Shown: positions 16,632 through 20,000 of the stretch, in pieces
How positions within the stretch are numbered: the stretch's first letter is position 1
How the letters are laid out: every line of letters begins with the position of its first letter
DNA from: an uncultured virus (IMG/VR IMGVR_UViG_3300027612_000506)
Lineage: Duplodnaviria; Heunggongvirae; Uroviricota; Caudoviricetes
IMG/VR virus record: IMGVR_UViG_3300027612_000506
Direction: 5' to 3' (one strand)
DNA length: 20,000 nucleotides
Notes under the pieces: model-generated
Told to the model about the DNA's origin: nothing
The model's input: the letters and a program-made list of their open reading frames with translations, nothing else
The model's database searches: none
Made by a program: the position numbers and the translations under genes

Positions 16632-17328
16632 CGGTCTCGATAACGAGCCGAAAAAGACACAGTTCCATGATCTAGACACCGAAGAGCTTTATGAACTAAA
16701 CAAAGCAACACGGCAGGATGAACTAGACGCATATGGCTGGACTGAAATGCCTAATGGGGAATATCCTTGGAATCCCGACAATCCTCTCCGCTCTGACACG
16801 ATAAGTCTTTCCTATAGATTCAATACACATGGGTTCAGAGGTAATGACTTTCCCCCTACAATGACGCCTCGCAGTGTTATTACTCTTGGGTGTAGTTTTA
16901 CCTTTGGCGTTGGTATGCCCGAGGGACTTATTTGGCCTACGCTTGTGAGTACGGCCCTACAGTATAGAGCGATTAATCTCGCATCCCCCGCCGCCACTCT
17001 CGATGATAACTTTAAATATCTGCTAGGCTGGCTACCCAAACTAAAATCACAGCATGTATTTTGCCTCGAACCAATGCGCCACGAGAACATAACGGACACT
17101 GATTACACAGTAAACCGAGAAAAGAACATATTGGCAATGAAGGAGATTTGCCGTAGATTTAACAGTACCTTTACCTTTATCGGTAGCGACTGGTATGATA
17201 CGGCTAATATGGAATTGCTAATGACTAACGGGAAACTTGATAAGGGCAGAGATTTACTATCTCCAGGGCGAAAGCAACATGCCTATATCACCTATCTCAT
17301 GCTAAAACAAATAGGAAAAGTAGAGTAA
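16606..17328 (+). CDS. SGNH/GDSL-hydrolase-like protein, paralog 2
   Basis: NTHGFR, GCSFTFGVG, IWP, INLASP, RDLLSPG. Confidence 0.65.
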   Translation: MNIDLLSINGLDNEPKKTQFHDLDTEELYELNKATRQDELDAYGWTEMPNGEYPWNPDNPLRSDTISLSYRFNTHGFRGNDFPPTMTPRSVITLGCSFTFGVGMPEGLIWPTLVSTALQYRAINLASPAATLDDNFKYLLGWLPKLKSQHVFCLEPMRHENITDTDYTVNREKNILAMKEICRRFNSTFTFIGSDWYDTANMELLMTNGKLDKGRDLLSPGRKQHAYITYLMLKQIGKVE

Positions 17329-17333
17329 CACGA

Positions 17334-17465
17334 ATGAATGATGACGATAAAGAGATGAACAAAGCGGTCACAGGCATGGTATTTCTTATAGGTATACCAC
17401 TATCATATGCGCTATACAGAGTCGGATTAGAGCTTTGGTGCATGGCTTATGGATTATTTTATTGA
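17334..17465 (+). CDS. Small membrane peptide (43 aa, not in ORF track)
   Basis: MNDDDKEMNKAVTGMVFLIGIPLSYALYRVGLELWCMAYGLFY; TGATG coupling to the next ORF. Confidence 0.6.
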   Translation: MNDDDKEMNKAVTGMVFLIGIPLSYALYRVGLELWCMAYGLFY

Positions 17466-17674
17466 TGAAAAAGAAAACTTATAACAGTCTCACAGACCTA
17501 AGAGACGAATTAGTACAGAGCGGCGTAAAGATACTGTCCTTTGACGGCATGTCTATAGAGACAAAAACACATCATTACGGGCTATATTCAGGTATTGTGT
17601 ATAGAAAAAACAAAAAAGACGGTACTGTAGATACGAGCTCAGAACCCGGAGAAGGATATGGCATCTATCATTAA
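17465..17674 (+). CDS. Hypothetical protein
   Basis: MKKKTYNSLTDL...; start coupled to the upstream stop. Confidence 0.6.
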   Translation: MKKKTYNSLTDLRDELVQSGVKILSFDGMSIETKTHHYGLYSGIVYRKNKKDGTVDTSSEPGEGYGIYH

Positions 17675-17861
17675 AACGGCATTTGTTACACTACTTCTAA
17701 CCGCATGTACAACCATAACGGAAAGAAGCGATAGCCCCAATCAAGAAGCGGATAATCGCATAGATGAAGAAATAGATCGACAGATAAGCAAAGCACAAAG
17801 AGACGAACAACGGGCGAAAAGATTATTGCTTATTCTATTAGAAGAGCTAAGGTATGATTAA
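17658..17861 (+). CDS. Small predicted lipoprotein
   Basis: Signal peptide with lipobox LLLTA-C; GGAG/AAGGA RBS. Confidence 0.6.
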   Translation: MASIIKTAFVTLLLTACTTITERSDSPNQEADNRIDEEIDRQISKAQRDEQRAKRLLLILLEELRYD

Positions 17862-18609
17862 GGGCATAACCTACTGCACCACATATTATAATGAATCTGA
17901 ATTATTGTATGCTCTGCTAGATAATTTCAACACCTCAGCATTTTCACGGATTATCATCGTGGATGATGGTAGTATGGAAAGCCCTGCAGAACCTGTCGTA
18001 AGAATGTTTCCCACTCTGCCCATCACATTGCTCCGAATAAAGGATGATTTGGGCTTTAACTCACACGGCGCACGAAATCTTGCAATGAGACACATAGAGA
18101 CGGAATGGGCTCTATTAACCGATATTGATATGTACTATGATGAGAGCATTGCGGGTGATATACACAAAACAGCAAGCGAACAAAACGGCAGAGGAAACTA
18201 TTATAACTTCTGGGTAAATGACAAGCAGGATTATATTGGTCGATGCGAGATGTCACATAATGATTTTCTCATAAGAACCGATGATTACTGGATATCCGGC
18301 GGCTATGATGAAGAATTCACGGGAATACACTATGGCGATAGATTGTTTACTGATAGACTAAACACTTATCTCAAAAGAACTACTATGCCAAACATCGTTA
18401 TAGACAAGAGAATGGGTAGAAAGACTGTAATGACAGATACAGTAACCAAAACCACTTATGATGATAGAAACCATCTTCTATTCCATCCTCTATTAGACGC
18501 AGGACGATTAAAAAAACTGACGGACGCTGTTGGCTATAGAAACGAGAGAAGAGAACTATGGCAAAGAGACAATATACTTCAATTTGACTGGGAAGTAATC
18601 AAACTATGA
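17854..18609 (+). CDS. Glycosyltransferase, GT-A fold (GT2 N-terminus, GT7-like C-terminal motif)
   Basis: TTYYN, IIIVDDGS, ARNLAM, LTDID (DxD), GGYDEEFTG.HYGD. Confidence 0.88.
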   Translation: MIKGITYCTTYYNESELLYALLDNFNTSAFSRIIIVDDGSMESPAEPVVRMFPTLPITLLRIKDDLGFNSHGARNLAMRHIETEWALLTDIDMYYDESIAGDIHKTASEQNGRGNYYNFWVNDKQDYIGRCEMSHNDFLIRTDDYWISGGYDEEFTGIHYGDRLFTDRLNTYLKRTTMPNIVIDKRMGRKTVMTDTVTKTTYDDRNHLLFHPLLDAGRLKKLTDAVGYRNERRELWQRDNILQFDWEVIKL

Positions 18610-19139
18610 AACAACGAAACGGGCATTTTCGGATAGTTACTGATAATATTATTGTATAGATTAAGCTCAGCCTCCATTTGCCCAGGCTCATAACCATTAG
18701 GCAAAACCTCAGGCAACTCTCTATTACTCACATTCATCACGGGACCATATCTATTCTCTCCGCAGTATAGATGCAATTCTTCCGTAGGTATATAAAAAAA
18801 GAATATTCTTTCCTTAGCTTTTCTACGGGTAGTATAATGTAGATAAGGACCAGCAGTCTCACTATAGAAAACAGATACGGGAATATCTTTAAAGTGTTCG
18901 TGGAGTTTAATAGCACTATTAAGTCTTTCATAGGGATGACGAATAACAATAACGGGGATACATTCTTCTTCTTTATTATTGATAAGATCAACCCACTGCT
19001 GTATATCGGTATGAGCAGTATCGTTCCAACCACTAGCATCCTTAAAGGTAACAGCATGGATATAATTGGATAGAGTATTACTGCCACAACGATCAGAAGC
19101 CCAGAGATTAATTCTATTATTATAGTAGTGAAATGCCAT
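18579..19139 (-). CDS. Sulfotransferase-like protein
   Basis: DRCGSNTL resembles the 5'-PSB loop and VIRHPYERLNSA the 3'-PB motif (R.P..R..S). Confidence 0.6.
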   Translation of the reverse strand: MAFHYYNNRINLWASDRCGSNTLSNYIHAVTFKDASGWNDTAHTDIQQWVDLINNKEEECIPVIVIRHPYERLNSAIKLHEHFKDIPVSVFYSETAGPYLHYTTRRKAKERIFFFYIPTEELHLYCGENRYGPVMNVSNRELPEVLPNGYEPGQMEAELNLYNNIISNYPKMPVSLFHSLITSQSN

Positions 19140-19144
19140 AGTGA

Positions 19145-19152
19145 TATTTATG
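19145..19152 (-). promoter_or_regulatory. Putative late promoter (CATAAATA) 5 nt upstream of the ATG at 19139
   Basis: The plus strand reads TATTTATG. Confidence 0.5.
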
Positions 19153-19248
19153 CGGAGTTCTATACATGATTTACTGGTATGGCGGAGATGCAGATAGAAA
19201 CAGAACTTAGTTTTCGGGTCCTCCGCCCTGGAATTTCCCCTGAGGCTT

Positions 19249-19278
19249 AGTATAGCACACTTCTCAGTGCGATGTCAA
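19249..19278 (-). promoter_or_regulatory. Leftward sigma70-type promoter
   Basis: Minus strand: TTGACA, 18-nt spacer ending TGC, TATACT (extended -10). Confidence 0.65.
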
Positions 19279-19321
19279 GAGTAGATATACCCTAGGTACC
19301 CTAAATAAAAAAATAAAGTGC

Positions 19322-19350
19322 TTGACACTCTACGGGGGTTCTGTTATAAT
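19322..19350 (+). promoter_or_regulatory. Rightward sigma70 consensus promoter with UP-like A-tract
   Basis: AAATAAAAAAATAAAGTGC, TTGACA, 17-nt spacer ending TGT, TATAAT. Confidence 0.88.
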
Positions 19351-19376
19351 CGCTCTGTAGCGTTTGAGGGGTACTA

Positions 19377-19389
19377 TAAGTGCTTGATT
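19377..19389 (-). promoter_or_regulatory. IHF-consensus site
   Basis: TAAGTGCTTGATT, identical to 13070-13082. Confidence 0.6.
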
Positions 19390-19423
19390 AGTATAGAGAA
19401 AAGAATTCAAAAGATTTCATAAT

Positions 19424-19491
19424 AGTGCTTGACATTGGACCCAAAAGAGTCCATAATGTGTATATAGAGTGAAGAAACGGAGAGAGTTATG
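19424..19491 (+). repeat. Early promoter plus RBS cassette, copy 2
   Basis: 65/68 identical to 13106-13173; TTGACA at 19429, CATAAT at 19452. Confidence 0.9.
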
Positions 19492-19863
19492 CGTTACACA
19501 GTCCTGCAGTATAAGATGTCCGAAGCCGTTGTAGAAGCCGTTAACACCGTTGGTTGGGTTGGGGCGATGAAGCAATACCCAGAGGTTCAGATTCAGTTGG
19601 ATGTTATGTTTAAGAATGGCTCTGAGGGGTTTAGTGCTTGGATGAGTAAGTACTATGCTCCAGTCTGCAACATTGATGCCGCTACATTGAACGGTGTTTT
19701 TGAGATTGGTAACATGGGTCCTGAAGAAAGCATTGAGCGACTGGCTCCCATGCACTCGGTGAGCGTTGGCGATATTATCCGTGACAATGAGATGGGTACC
19801 TACCATATGGTAGATGGGTTTGGCTTTACTCAATTGTTGAGCTTTTACTGGGAGGCAGCGTAA
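19489..19863 (+). CDS. Hypothetical early protein with YodL-like motif
   Basis: L..VFEIGN...MHSVSVGDII...VDGFGF resembles the YodL-domain HSLSVSDIV...VD.FGF pattern. Confidence 0.65.
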   Translation: MRYTVLQYKMSEAVVEAVNTVGWVGAMKQYPEVQIQLDVMFKNGSEGFSAWMSKYYAPVCNIDAATLNGVFEIGNMGPEESIERLAPMHSVSVGDIIRDNEMGTYHMVDGFGFTQLLSFYWEAA

Positions 19864-20000
19864 TGAGAGTATTGGGTGCGATATTGGTGTTTGTGGGTAT
19901 CATTCTAGCCGCTGGTGCCGGGGGCGATTGTGACGGTAAGTGTATGGCAGAGGCGAACTCTGTAGCAGAGACTCTACTGTATGCGGTCATAGGTCTAGTC
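19863..20000 (+). CDS. Small membrane protein, 3'-truncated by the window edge
   Basis: MRVLGAILVFVGIILAAGAGGDCDGKCMAEANS...; GGAGG RBS and TAATG coupling. Confidence 0.7.
   Translation, partial: MRVLGAILVFVGIILAAGAGGDCDGKCMAEANSVAETLLYAVIGLV

Noticed and set aside
18737..19087. Hydrophobic alternative-frame ORF nested in the sulfotransferase-like gene
   Set aside because: Its hydrophobicity is explained by the T-rich strand, and the motif-bearing frame is 18579-19139.
19175..19230. tRNA gene (GGCGGAG...CTCCGCCA stem)
   Set aside because: The interior is only 33 nt, with no D arm, anticodon arm or TTCGA T-loop. Kept only as a generic ncRNA candidate.
13070..19491. CRISPR array or IS terminal repeats
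   Set aside because: The repeats are dispersed promoter elements with no regular spacers, and no cas or transposase gene is present.

Overview
Gene-dense segment of a large T4-like (myovirus-type) dsDNA phage genome, probably with a proteobacterial host (inferred from sigma70 promoters and IHF-consensus sites). The left half carries core-like genes (class Ia nrdB, a denA-like GIY-YIG gene, T4-type rnh). These are interleaved with accessory enzymes: two SAM methyltransferases, an NDP-sugar epimerase/dehydratase, a B12-binding radical SAM protein with a long charged C-terminal segment, a twitch-type radical SAM protein and a glycosyltransferase-like ORF. The right half is an accessory/early region of small ORFs driven by repeated promoter-RBS cassettes. 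Two cassettes are 65/68 identical, and three have the same 13-bp IHF-consensus site upstream. It also holds tandem SGNH-like paralogs, a GT2/GT7-like gene, a sulfotransferase-like gene, and a structured intergenic region with divergent promoters at about 19140-19490. No tRNA, rRNA, CRISPR array or IS element was seen. All family calls come from motif recognition by eye, not database searches.
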